Shown here in pieces: positions 50,157 through 62,099 of a DNA stretch of 64,000 nt. How positions within the stretch are numbered: the first letter of the stretch is position 1; every line of letters begins with the position of its first letter. Source of the DNA: Azolla caroliniana (lineage: Eukaryota; Plantae; Polypodiophyta); NCBI GenBank assembly GCA_043228905.1, contig JBHGNT010000011.1:6262001-6326000 (forward strand), written 5' to 3'. The translations under genes were made by a program, and so were the position numbers. The notes beneath the pieces are model-generated. The model was not told the DNA's origin and made no database searches. It was given only the letters and a program-made list of their open reading frames with translations.

Positions 50157-53100
50157 CATGATGGCCGTAATCATGAATTTGGGACTTGCTGAAATCATGC
50201 CAAAGAGTCTTGTCACGGTGATCAACACATGTTGTTCATGTGTGTTTTCATGAGTGTTTCCCATGTTCAATTAAGGAACATATACAAAAGTTTCCTTGTA
50301 CAAGATGTGGGTTGTTGTAACCTACTTGAAGGAGTTGTGGTACGTCAATGCATTAAGCGTCAGGTTCATGATTATAATAGGGTTATATTTGATATGTTAT
50401 GTCAAAGTCTTTGCATGTGCTATTGACATGGTTGTGTGGAGAATCAAGATTGCTCACCATGTTGATCTTCAATTGTTTGGGGAACAATGATGAGTTGTCT
50501 AGGTATAATGTAAATTAATATTAAGATGACATCAATAAAGCAAACATCAACATTTAGAGGAATGGGGGTTACTATGTTATAGAATTGCAAAATGTTTAGG
50601 GTTTAGGGAAGGGAAAACCACGGATTTTGTCACAGAGAATGCTACAATCGAAGACATCAATGTACTTTGCTTTGCTTCTTGTTTTGCTCCTCATCATTAG
50701 AACAACTAAAAGTCTTGGGCCATTTGGCGGCTACAACAAGCTCATGCACAAGTATCACTTTCTTATATGCCTTCGGGACACATCTTGTGTCTTTCTTACA
50801 TTTGGTTGATGTCTACTCTTAAGTGAGTAGCGTTACCTATATGTATATTTATGAGATCAATCATCACCTGATTTCTAACAAGAAGCTTAAGTAATCACTA
50901 ATCCTGCAAAATAATGTCGAAGGTGATCACAATTTGGTGAACAATGGAATGGAGTGAAAAGCATTGGATGTGATATCTAGCATATAGGGCCCCAAAGTCG
51001 ATTTAAACAAGATTGCTCAAATGTAGTTCTATTGAGTGTTGGGTTTTTGTTGAATACTAATTATGCCTTCCCACACACATCTTTCCAATATGTACTTTCC
51101 ACACCATTACACTACCAACATGAGTTATATATGTGTGGCTGGGAATCAATGCATAATATCGTTGCCGATCACATCCAAATGGCTTAATTATTTGATAGTT
51201 CCAATGTATTAAAGTATTGGATAGCAATTGCAAGTTTCAAGCAATATTTAGAGATGATTCAACCATAAGAGTATCCTTTTCTTTTTATGGCTTTCTTTAT
51301 TAACAAAAGAGGCATATAGGCTCAAAATAGAATGGGTTTCTCTATGGTACATCCAATCTAGATATGTGAAAGAGAATAACTAATTAATACAATTCAACAA
51401 TTCACATAAAGAGTGTTCAATGTATACCCTTGTCTTGATAAGTGACGACGGCCTTAAGAAACATCTTTCTCACACTTTTCGCATCATCACATAGAAAGAA
51501 GTTATATAATGCGGGTATTTGTGTATTAGACCATCATTGGTAATATTGATGTGACATAATTAATGATTCCAAAACAATACGATTATTTAATAGTTCCAGT
51601 GTACTCCCATGTCGGAAAAGCCATTTCAAGTTCCAAGCAAAATTGGATATGCCATTAGCACTAATAATGGTGGCTTGTAAAACATGCTCAAATCATATCC
51701 AAATGTAGTTAAAATATAGAAGGGCTCTTGTTACGTCAATATTTGGGAAGTGTTTCCCAATGAACTTTCATATACTTACAAGATTCTCATCACATATAAT
51801 CACGATTCATAATAAGAAATCACATAAATCCATGTTATACGATGTCAAGAAGCAACTCAAACTTCAATCCATAGGGCATCATAATCTGAGATATTGTCTC
51901 TTTAATGAAACTTTTGTCAAAACAAAATGTCATATGTAACATAGGATTCTATATTTTAAGGGATCGCAAATCTAAAATGGTGTGAAGCGTGAGTGGTGCG
52001 ATTGGATGTACAATGAATGAAAATTCCATGTAAGAAGTCATTGAAGACTCATGTGAGGGGAATTTGAATATGAGTGTGTTATGTGTGTGTCCGCGCATAC
52101 ATGTGTGTGTGAGCCCACTCAATAGCAATCACGAGTCAACCTTGAGCATCTAACCTAATTAACTTCACAAGTAAACATGTTAAAGCCATCAAACTTGCTC
52201 AATGTTACTTTCACAAAAATAAAAACATGAAAGTTGTCCTTGTCCAATATCACCTTGATCCTAAGTTAAAATAGTCATAATTTCAGCAATGTAATTTTCT
52301 TGTTTGTTCCTTAGTTTTCATGCTCATTATAAACAATGAACTAATATGAGAGGTACATTGTTGTTGTTGCAAAATACTTAACGCACAAATTAATCGGGAA
52401 AACACTAATATAACTCTTCGAATTTGAAGCCTCTTACATTTTTTAGGGAAAAACAAACCCATACACCAAGTGTCTTTTATACTACCATATTACACCCATC
52501 ATTTTCTAAAACGTACCCATCTTTTCAAAAGACTTATGATTCAAGTAATACCTTATTTCGATGTTAGTAGTAGTTGCAATTAGAGTAAGATTAAAATAAT
52601 AAGAACGTTATTAGTGGATTTATGGGCCCCAATTAGCACTAATAATCGCATATTACAATGAGTGTGTTAATTTGACCCCATAGCACCATTGGTGTCAATA
52701 TGATCATGAGAAAATTTTACACTTTCATTATTAATCCTATGAAGTATATATTTATTTGTGAAGATATCTTTCACACTATTTTGAATGCGCAAATGGCTTG
52801 TAGATTATGCAAGGAATTCATCCAAGAAATTGCAATGATGCTTCTTAGGTTCGAAAAATGTGATGATGTAAGTTGGTCGTTTATTGCCCAACAGTCAACT
52901 TATGTCTTCAATGGGTTTTAAAGCAAGGATGTCATGCCTCACTTTCACATTGAGGGTAGATGCAATTTTGCATGTTATGAAAAATGGCGTGGAAAAGGTA
53001 TATGATCACACAAATTGGTCATTCATTGTGTTTCACATGGGTTTTGGTGCGAGGATGCCATGCCTCGCTTTCGTGTTGGGGTCATGTCTAACTTCACATG

Positions 53101-55469
53101 TTACGGTGAATGTTGACAATTCTAGAAGGTATTTGATATTGTAAGCTAGTCATTTTTTGGCCAACTTATACTTCACAAAGGTTTTGATGGAATGATAATG
53201 TGACTCGTTTCAATTAGGATTAGGTGCAACATCACATGCTAAACTACGAAAATGCCTTTAGCAAACAAGTACAAAAAGGCTTTTAGCAAACAACGTGCAT
53301 CATGGTTAGACCAAGCCAAGTTGATGACTTTTTGATGGTATATATGGGGACTGTAATTTGGGCTAAGGGCCTAACTAAACACAACGGTTATAATAGAGGC
53401 ATAATGAGGCATTTCTATAAATAGATGCACAAACAACTACTTAACAAATCCTCAACTTCTACAAACCACCAAGCTCACAACCTTATTGATTAAATCCAAA
53501 GAGATGCATTTTTTTAGTGTTGTGGCTACTACCATATTGTCTTAGAGTGCCCAATAAAGAAGAAGAAACCAAGGGTGACTTGTTATCCATTGTCCCTTCT
53601 TAAGTTGGTCTATAGGGGCACCCACACACAACCAATGACAAAATTTAGAGAGCACATGAACAATGAGTTTCAAGTATTCCTAAGAGGAAATGAAAATGGG
53701 TGAAAGCATGGGAGTGGAAACACTATTATAGCTAATTAGTTGCGAAAATGCTCATAGCTATTTGTTTAGCTAGTTTTTTGTGGGCAAATCATAAGGATCA
53801 TTTACGAAATTTTATGCTTTATTAGTTAAATAAATGTCATTTTATTTATGAGAATACTCAAAAATTTGAACTTTGGTTTTTGAAGTAGTGGAACTTGGGA
53901 ACAGTGCCCTCATCTAACTCGGCTTGAATGTCACCAAATTCCTGTTTGGGGTGAGTTTGAGTTCGAAATCCAAACAAATGGAGTAGTCTGAACACGAACG
54001 CAAACAAAGGTCCTACAACAACACAAAAACTCTGATATCGATATTGCACCTTCAGAGCTACAACGCACCATCAGTTCGATCCTCGTCCAGGTATGTATAA
54101 GTTATACATTAAAAAATCTTTTTATTTTCCTTTATGATAACTGTCACTTTGTTGCTTGTTCATCTTTTATAAAAAACGATTAGGGCGAAATCATTGGAGT
54201 CCCAAACAAGGATGTCTCGAAGATGGGGGTGTAGTAGCAAGTGTGTTTCTCATTGACAAAAATTCTGATTAGGGTTAATTTCATACATATTTCAGATTAG
54301 AGTTTTTGATTTCCTTAAGCGGTTGATTTCTAATTAGGGTTTCTTATTAAGTTTCTAATTAGGGCTTCTGTTTTTTTAAGCGGTTGATTTCTAATTACTG
54401 TCGAAAATTTCAGATTTAGTGTTGGAAATTTGCACCAATTCACATTTCTGACTTTAACAACATATATGGTCAGTCGCTAGAGGGTGTTGACTATGCTGTT
54501 CTAATAGATAAATTGATTAGTGATGTAGATTGGTTGTCAGTGTATAAAGTGCCTAGAGTGAAAGGGAAGGTGAAGCTCAAGCATGTACGACTAGAGTTGT
54601 ATGATGACCACATGAGGCTCCACTAGAAAGTACATCAAGAGATCCTGGTCAACGACGAGTTGGTCGTTGCATTCGCTAGAGCTTTTGCATACGAGTATCG
54701 CAAAAGAACGAAGGAAGCACAGGACCCTGAAATGTATAGGGTACCTTGGGCTATTTATAGTGAGGCATCGGTAGAACGATGCCAGAATGTCGACTCCCAA
54801 CAAACCCGCAAGTTTACACCACACCGAAACACAATGAAAGCCAATTCGATGATACAGGCGAGACATTGATTAGCTATATGTTGAAATATATCCATGAAGC
54901 CTGTGAGACATTGGAGGCAACAAAGACTGATTTAGAGAAAGCAACATTGGCAGTTGTGATGGAGAGCAAAGTCACTTTGGTAGTGACAACAATTATAAAT
55001 AAGAATTAGGTAGTTATTGTTTTGCTAGTATGTAACATGTTATTGTCATGATATGACAAGACTCGAACCCATGACCTTATGCTACATGGGTCGAGCTCTT
55101 GACCATTAGACTATACATTGTAATACATAGAATATTATTTTCATTTATGTTTTACTATAGAAAATTGATGTATATTCCAGATTTCTCTGGAACATTCTAG
55201 AAACTTCAGGAGTATTCCGTAGAACACTATAAAAGGAGGCACAAGGCATTATTTTGAACCAAATCGGTTCAACGACAGTCTTAAGCCTCCTAGCTATTGT
55301 ACATTTTCTTCATATAATATATATCTCTTCTTTTCATCACTCTCTCTCGATCTCTCTCTCCCTCCCTCTCACTCACTCTTTCCTTCTCTCGAGAGTTCTT
55401 CACCTCTCTTAGTACTAATACTACTTTTAGTACTAATTCCTTCTCTGTCTTAGTACTGTTCCTGACAGT

Positions 55470-55481
55470 TTGAACCGATTT
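55470..55481 (+). promoter_or_regulatory. Self-priming-type PBS of element A
   Basis: TTGAACCGATTT is the reverse complement of AAATCGGTTCAA (55261-55272), which starts 33 nt after TATAAAA. Confidence 0.8.
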
Positions 55482-55540
55482 CCCTACCTTCTGTCTCTCT
55501 CATTTCCTACTAATCTCTTATTCCTCTTTTCTTTCATCCC

Positions 55541-56693
55541 ATGGCCATTGTTAGCGCTGAAGAATATCAATATGTTTTCTCGGAATTTCAATGCTTGAAA
55601 GAGAAGTTCCATGCTTTGGAACAAGAAAACCAACGGTTGCTGGGGGATCTTCAGCAAATCTCCTTAGAAAACCAGCAAATGCAACAACAACATGGGGAAC
55701 TTGCGTTACGCGTGCAACAACTCGAAGCAACCATCGTAGCGATGCAACAACAAAGGGCCCGAAACACAAGGGATTCATAAAGAACCCAAGATTGGCCTTC
55801 CCACGAAGTTCGATGGAACGCAATCGCAGTTTAGAGGGTTCCTTAACCAGGTACGATTAGTTATTCAAATGCATCCTTCCCGGTATCTCACCGATGCATC
55901 ACGAGTGGGTTTCGTAGGCACTTTGTTAAGTGGCTCAGCGTTGGCATGGTTCGCTCCACTATTAGAAAAGGAATCTCTGTTACTCAACAATTTTGAAGAG
56001 TTTCTAGGTGAGTTTAAAGCATGTTTCGGAGATACTGACAGCATCAGGACCGCAATCAACAAAATTCGGCGATTACGCCAAGGTGACCGTCCAGCCTCCG
56101 CATACGCTGCAGATTTTCGCCTACTCGCCGCCGATATCCCTTGGGATGATCAAGCGTTGATGGAGCAATTCCGTTATGGTTTACGCAACGACGTCAAGGA
56201 TTTACTCTTGACCTTCCCCGAAGAGCCAAAGTCCTTAACAGAAGCAATCAGTCGCGCGGTGAGATGTGACAACCGCCTCTTTGAGCGACGTTCAGAACGA
56301 CAACTACAGATGCCGAGGGCAAGATCAGAGCCCACCTACGCCTCAGTGGTAGCAAAACCTTTTCCGAGGGAGTCATATAATGTGCCTCCAGCGAATACTC
56401 CGACTCCGATGGAGATTGACACTACACGTCGTCGAGGGCCATTATCTGAAGAAGAAAAGCAGCGACGCCGTACAAATCGACTATGTCTTTACTGCGGTGG
56501 ACCAGGACATATTGCAATAAATTGCCCCCATAGGCCAAGAAGACAAGTAAACCAAATAGTCGCTAGTTCTAATTGTACTAAACCCGAGCCTATTTCAGTA
56601 GGGATATCAGATATTCCTAATAGTACTAATAGCCCAGATCTAGTGAACAGATTTGATGTCCTTAGTCAGTTAGAAGAAGAGTTAAACGACTAA
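55541..56693 (+). pseudogene. gag (one frameshift near 55780)
   Basis: Coiled-coil N-terminus, L.G.A..W, LRQG..ASAY...F, PMEID, CLYCGGPGHIAINC. Confidence 0.9.
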
Positions 56694-56758
56694 GTCCAAC
56701 CAAAATAGGAGCCGTTTGGTTGGACAACCCTAGATCTGTACATCCCATTAGTGGTTCC
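56681..56758 (+). promoter_or_regulatory. Putative -1 ribosomal frameshift signal
   Basis: G TTA AAC, 6-nt spacer, perfect 11-bp stem GTCCAACCAAA/TTTGGTTGGAC; pol is -1 to gag. Confidence 0.75.
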
Positions 56759-59700
56759 ATTTCCTCTAAGCAAGTTAGTGATGTGTTCGTAGCCTAAGTA
56801 ATAGTTAGTACTAAAAGTACCCCTCCAGTACATGTCCTAACACTCCTAGATTCCGGAGCTAACTCTTGCTTTATGGATAAGAAATTTGCTCAAGCTTATA
56901 AGATATCCCTAAGAAAACTCCAGTGTCCAGCCTCTGTAGTAGTCATTGATGGACGTCCCATTGCTTCCAGAAATATCATAGAAGAGTCAGAGCCCATTAA
57001 TATTGTCCTAGATAACTTAGCATGTGTAGTATCATTTAATATTATTAGTATCCCAGAACATCCCATAGTTTTAGGATTGCCGTGGTTCGAGTTACATAAC
57101 CTAGACATAGATTGGAGAACAAGAGAAATCCGGTGTCGACAAACCCAAGGGTCAACTTAGAAGATGGCAACCATTTCGCTATATCAGTTGCGTAAAGAAG
57201 GGCGCAAGGAGGAAATGTTCCTCTTTGCAATATCAGTAAACCCCTCCAGCACCACTAAAGAAGAATCCACCGTTCAACTTCCCGAGAAGTATCGTCATTA
57301 CGCCGATGTGTTCGATAAAGTACAAGCCAATACACTTCCTCATCATCGACCGTACGATTGCCCCATCGATTTACAACCGGGAAAAGAGCCGCCGTGGGGA
57401 CCGATCTACGATTTGTCACCAACCGAGCTGGAAGTCCTTCGGGCCTACATAGAGGAGAATTTGGAAAATGGTTTCATTCGGCATTCGAAATCTCCAGCCG
57501 GCGCGCCCATTTTCTTCGTCAAGAAAAAGGATGGATTGCTTCGTCTCGTTGTAGATTACCGTGGCCTGAATAAGGTTACAATCAGGAATAGGTATGCTCT
57601 TCCCCTTATCTCAAGTCTTTTAGAACGGATCAATGATGCCAGGTTCTTCACGAAGATCGACTTACGGGGAGCATATAACCTCGTACGGATCCAACCAGGA
57701 GACGAATGGAAGACCGCGTTTTGCACCAGATATGGGCACTTTGAGTATACGGTCATGCCGTTCGGCCTCACTAATGCGCCGACAGTCTTCCAGCACATGG
57801 CTAATGATATATTCCGAGATCTATTGGATGATTGTTTGATCATCTATTTGGATGATCTACTGGTTTATTCAAAGACCCAAGAAGAACATGATTCTCATGT
57901 ACTATTAGTACTAAAACGACTTTGAGAACATGGTCTGTATGCAAAGCTGGAAAAATGTAGTTTCGGGTGCAACCAAGTGGAATTTCTCGGCTATATCATT
58001 TCGTCAGAAGGCATCTCCATGGATCCAGCTAAGGTCAAAACGGTGGTAGAATGGCAGACTCCGCGTTCGGTGCAGGATGTGCAATGCTTCCTAGGCTTTG
58101 CCAATTTTTACCGGAAGTTCATACAAGATTACTCAAAGATCATTCTACCTCTCACACAACTTACCAGGAAGGGACAACTGTTCATCTGGTCTGAAGAAAC
58201 GGACATGGCTTTCGAGAGTCTTAAAAAGGCATTTACATCGGCTCCAATTCTAGCTCATGTCGATCCGGAAAAACCATTCATTATCGAAGCTGATGCATCG
58301 GATTTTGCATTGGGGAGCATTCTGTCACAACAGGGGAATGATGAGAAGCTACATCCTATGGCTTTTCACTCACGCAAGTTTGACGCTGCCGAAATCAACT
58401 ATGAAATTCATGATAAGGAGCTATTGGCAATAGTGGATTCTTTTATGCAATGGAGGCATTTTTTGGAGGGATCCTCTCATCCGGTCACCGTATTTAGTGA
58501 CCACAAGAACCTTGCCTACTTTCAGGATGCTCGTGTGTTGAATCGACGTCAAGCTCAGTGGGCCCACTTCCTCATGCGTTTCGACTTCAAAATTACATAT
58601 CGTCCGGGGAAGCACCAAGGGAAGGCAGATGCATTATCACGGCGTTCGTATCTAGCACCCCGTCCCGGCGAGCCAACTTTCGATAACCAAAAACAAGTCA
58701 TCTTGGGACCGGCACGACTACGAGCAACACAGATCTTTGACATGCCCATGGATTCCTGCGTTATCGATACCATACGCGAAGACTTGAAGATAGATGCGTT
58801 CGCCCAAGCTATACTAGCACAAATTGATCCCTCTCGAGCGTTGTGTTCACAGTCGCAACCACCAGGTACGGACTATCGGCAATTCAAATACCATGATGGA
58901 TTACTCTTCTTTAAAGAACTTTTGTATGTTCCTAATGGTTCTTGCCGCCTTCAAGTAGTACAAAACTGTCATGACACATATACAGCTGGGCATTTTGGTA
59001 GTACTAAAACGCTACATTTAGTACAACGATCATTCTGGTGGCCCTGTATGCGACAATTTGTCGAAGATTTTGTTCGGACTTGTGATACATGTTGTAGAGT
59101 GAAAATGCCAAGGCATCATCCATATGGTTTATTAGAACCATTACCAATTCCAAGCAAGCCGTGGCAATCCATTGCTGTAGACTTCATCACAGACCTTCCA
59201 GTCTCTAAGGGGTTCAATGCGATTCTAACGGTGGTCGATCGATATACGAAGATGGCTCATTTCTTGCCATGTACTAAGGAGATCTCCAGTGAAGACACTG
59301 CCGAAATTGTCATGCGTGAAGTATGTCGGCATCATGGACTTCTCGATAGTATCATCAGCGACCGTGGACCCCAGTTCGTGTCAAAATTCTGGAAGCACCT
59401 TTTTAACATGCTCAATGTCACTTGTAACCTCTCCTCCGGCTACCACCCACAAACCGACGGCCAAGCCGAACGAACCAATCAAACGATGGAGTAGTATTTG
59501 CGGTGCTTTCTCAGCTATCATCAGGATAACTGGGCAGATATTCTCCACTTCGCCGAATTTGCCTATAACAACTCTATCCACGCATCCACTAAAGTTACGC
59601 CATTTTATGCTTATACGGGATGTCACCCCCGGTGGTGTGTACTTGAAACCCTAGAGGTGTCCACAAATCCTTGCGTAGAGGATCGTTTGGAGAGGTTACG

Positions 59701-60274
59701 CAAGATACAAGCAGATTTATCTACTCATCTCCAACAAGCTCAAGAAACACACAAGGTTTATGCGGATCGTCATCGACTCCCATCTAGTTTTAACATTGGA
59801 GATCGGGTATGGCTACTCCGACGACACATCAAGACTACTCGCCCATGCAAGAAGTTGGATTATCGGCGATTAGGTCCCTTCCGTATTATAGGAAAGATTA
59901 ATGATGTCGCTTTTCGTCTTGATCTACCTCCACAACTTCGGATACATCCGGTGTTTCATAGTTCTCTCCTTGAACCCTATCAAGAGAGCACCATCCCAGG
60001 ACGTATTACACAGCCTCCACCCCCGATCGAGCTTGAAGATGGACCTGAGTACGAGGTTGCCGCCATCCTTGATTCCAAGCTTGTTCGCAACAAGCTCTAC
60101 TATCTAGTCAATTGGCTAGGATATAGTCCCAGCGAGCGTACTTGGGAACCGATAGAGAATGTCACCAATGCTCGTGCTCTTCTTGAAGAATTCCATCGTC
60201 AATATCCAGACAAACCGGGTCCTCAATCCAAAACGACTCGTTACACTCGTCGTTTTGGAGGGATAGTGTCATGA
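56687..60274 (+). pseudogene. pol (PR-RT-RH-IN-chromodomain) in the -1 frame, a few in-frame stops
   Basis: [80 protein letters not shown]. Confidence 0.95.
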
Positions 60275-60987
60275 TATGGCAAGACTCGAACCCATGACCT
60301 TATGCTACATGGGTCGAGCTCTTGACCATTAGACTATACATTGTAATACGTAGAATATTATTTTCATTTATGTTTTATTATAGAAAATTGATGTATATTC
60401 CAGATTTCTCTTGAACATTCTAGAAACTTCAGGAGTATTCCGTAGAACACTATAAAAGGAGGCACAAGGCATTATTTCGAACCAAATTGGTTCAACGCCA
60501 GTCTTAAGCCTCCTAGCTATTGTACATTTTCTTCATATAATATATATCTCTTCTTATCATCACTCTCTCTCGATCTCTCTCTCCCTCCCTCTCACTCACT
60601 CTTTCCTTCTCTCGAGAGTTCTTCACCTCTCTTAGTACTAATGCTACTTTTAGTACTAATTCCTTCTCTGTCTTCGTACTGTTCCTGACAATTATAAATA
60701 ACTTACTTGTATATGAAAATGTGCTTAGTGAGGCATTATCTAGAACAGGTTGCTCAACATGAGCTTGAAATTGAGGGGCCACTGGATCCCCAACGGAAAA
60801 TACAATTGTAGACAGAGATCCAGGTTCTTTAAATGAACCTGGACCTTCTAGGTGTAAATATTGTTGTTGATTATAATTTGGAGAACCTCCAAGTAAGTTA
60901 ATGATTCTTGTTTCTTGTTGTTCTATCTTCCTTATTAAGGAATGATAAATCGGTAAATTTCTTGGCCGCGTTCTAGGAATAATACTC

Positions 60988-61748
60988 TGTTGGGAGACAG
61001 GTCCCTCCGGATGGGAAGGGAGAAGAACAGTGCAGACAAACAATCTCGGCCGATGCCGAAACCGGAAGAGGAGTACTCGGCTACGGAGAGCCGGATGGTG
61101 CAGACCCGGTATGAACCGGATGAGGAGTACCCGACTACGGAGAGTCGGATGGTGCAGACCTGGTATGAACCGGATGAGGAGTACCCGGCTACGGAGAGCC
61201 GGATGGTGCAGACCCGGTATGAACTGGATGAGGAATACCCGGCTACGGAGAGCCGGATGGTGCAGACCCGGTATGAACCGGATGAAGAGACATATTCGTA
61301 AATATGTTTCTGAGAGTCCATCGAGACTATATTTGTAAATAGCCGAAAAGTTATATTAGTATAAATATGACTTAGGGCAAACTTTTATTGTGTGGTTGTC
61401 ATTTTCTTGTTGGTGCAAGAAGAAGAGAGAGCACGTAACAGTGTATATATATAGAGAGAGAGTGAGAACGAGGTCGTTGCCTCTGTTGTAACCGCCGCCT
61501 GTGGCGAAGATTGTGAGCACGAGGTCGTTGCCTCCGTGAACTCATTGCTGTACATACTAACCTAGTGATAGTTTGCAGCCTGTGGGCTGCCGTGGTTTTT
61601 CCCCTAGTTTGGGGTTTCCCACGTAAACATCCTGTGTACCTCTTCTCTCCTTTTGTGTCGCGTGTTTTTCCGTTTCCTGTTTTCTGTGTAAGAAAAGAAT
61701 CTCGGTTGTGGCCGAGCGTTGGACATAAGGAGTGTTGAGTTCCCGTCA
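60988..61748 (+). mobile_element. Solo LTR of copia family X
   Basis: TGTTGGGA...TCCCGTCA; perfect TSD TACTC; four 54-bp U3 repeats. Confidence 0.95.
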
Positions 61749-61798
61749 TACTCTTGTCAAGAATAGGTAGTTAGCTACCTTAAGAAGCAACTACATTT

Positions 61799-62076
61799 GT
61801 GGAGGGGATGGTAAGGAGCAGACAAGAATTGGACCTCAACATTCTTGCTCCCTTACCAAACGAAGTAGAACCAGGCAACGATATATTGACTGTTCAAGCA
61901 CGTTGCATCGCTTGTGGCTTATGCGTAGAGGACAAAACTGCTACTCTGTTGGTACACCTACGACCATGCCAACACACATACCATATAGTTTGTTTTCTAT
62001 ATGCCTCTCGCATTGCTGCAGTTTGTTTGGGGGATTGCAATACAACTCTCCCAAATGAGTGGAGAAAACTGACAGG
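61799..62076 (+). pseudogene. RING-H2-like exon
   Basis: CIAC...LRPCQHTYHIVC...CLGDC followed by a GT donor. Confidence 0.55.
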
Positions 62077-62099
62077 TAAAATTGTTGCTTGTCTCTATA

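Larger units (their letters stand above)
55044..60690 (+). mobile_element. Near full-length Ty3/gypsy chromovirus A (Tcn1/Tf1-like); LTRs 55044-55467 and 60267-60690
   Basis: 424-bp TG..CA LTRs; TSD GTTAT/ATTAT; PPT GGAGGGATAG; gag-PR-RT-RH-IN-chromodomain order. Confidence 0.97.

Noticed and set aside
49531-53270. Degenerate duplications at 49531-49788, 51140-51650 and 52860-53260
   Set aside because: Real but old; no termini, ORFs or motifs allowing an assignment.
55050-55120. Functional tRNA gene
   Set aside because: No proper acceptor stem or anticodon arm; reported only as a tRNA-like promoter module.
60935-61338. Repetitive 18-aa ORFs (also 28498-28809)
   Set aside because: By-products of 54-bp LTR tandem repeats, open in several frames.
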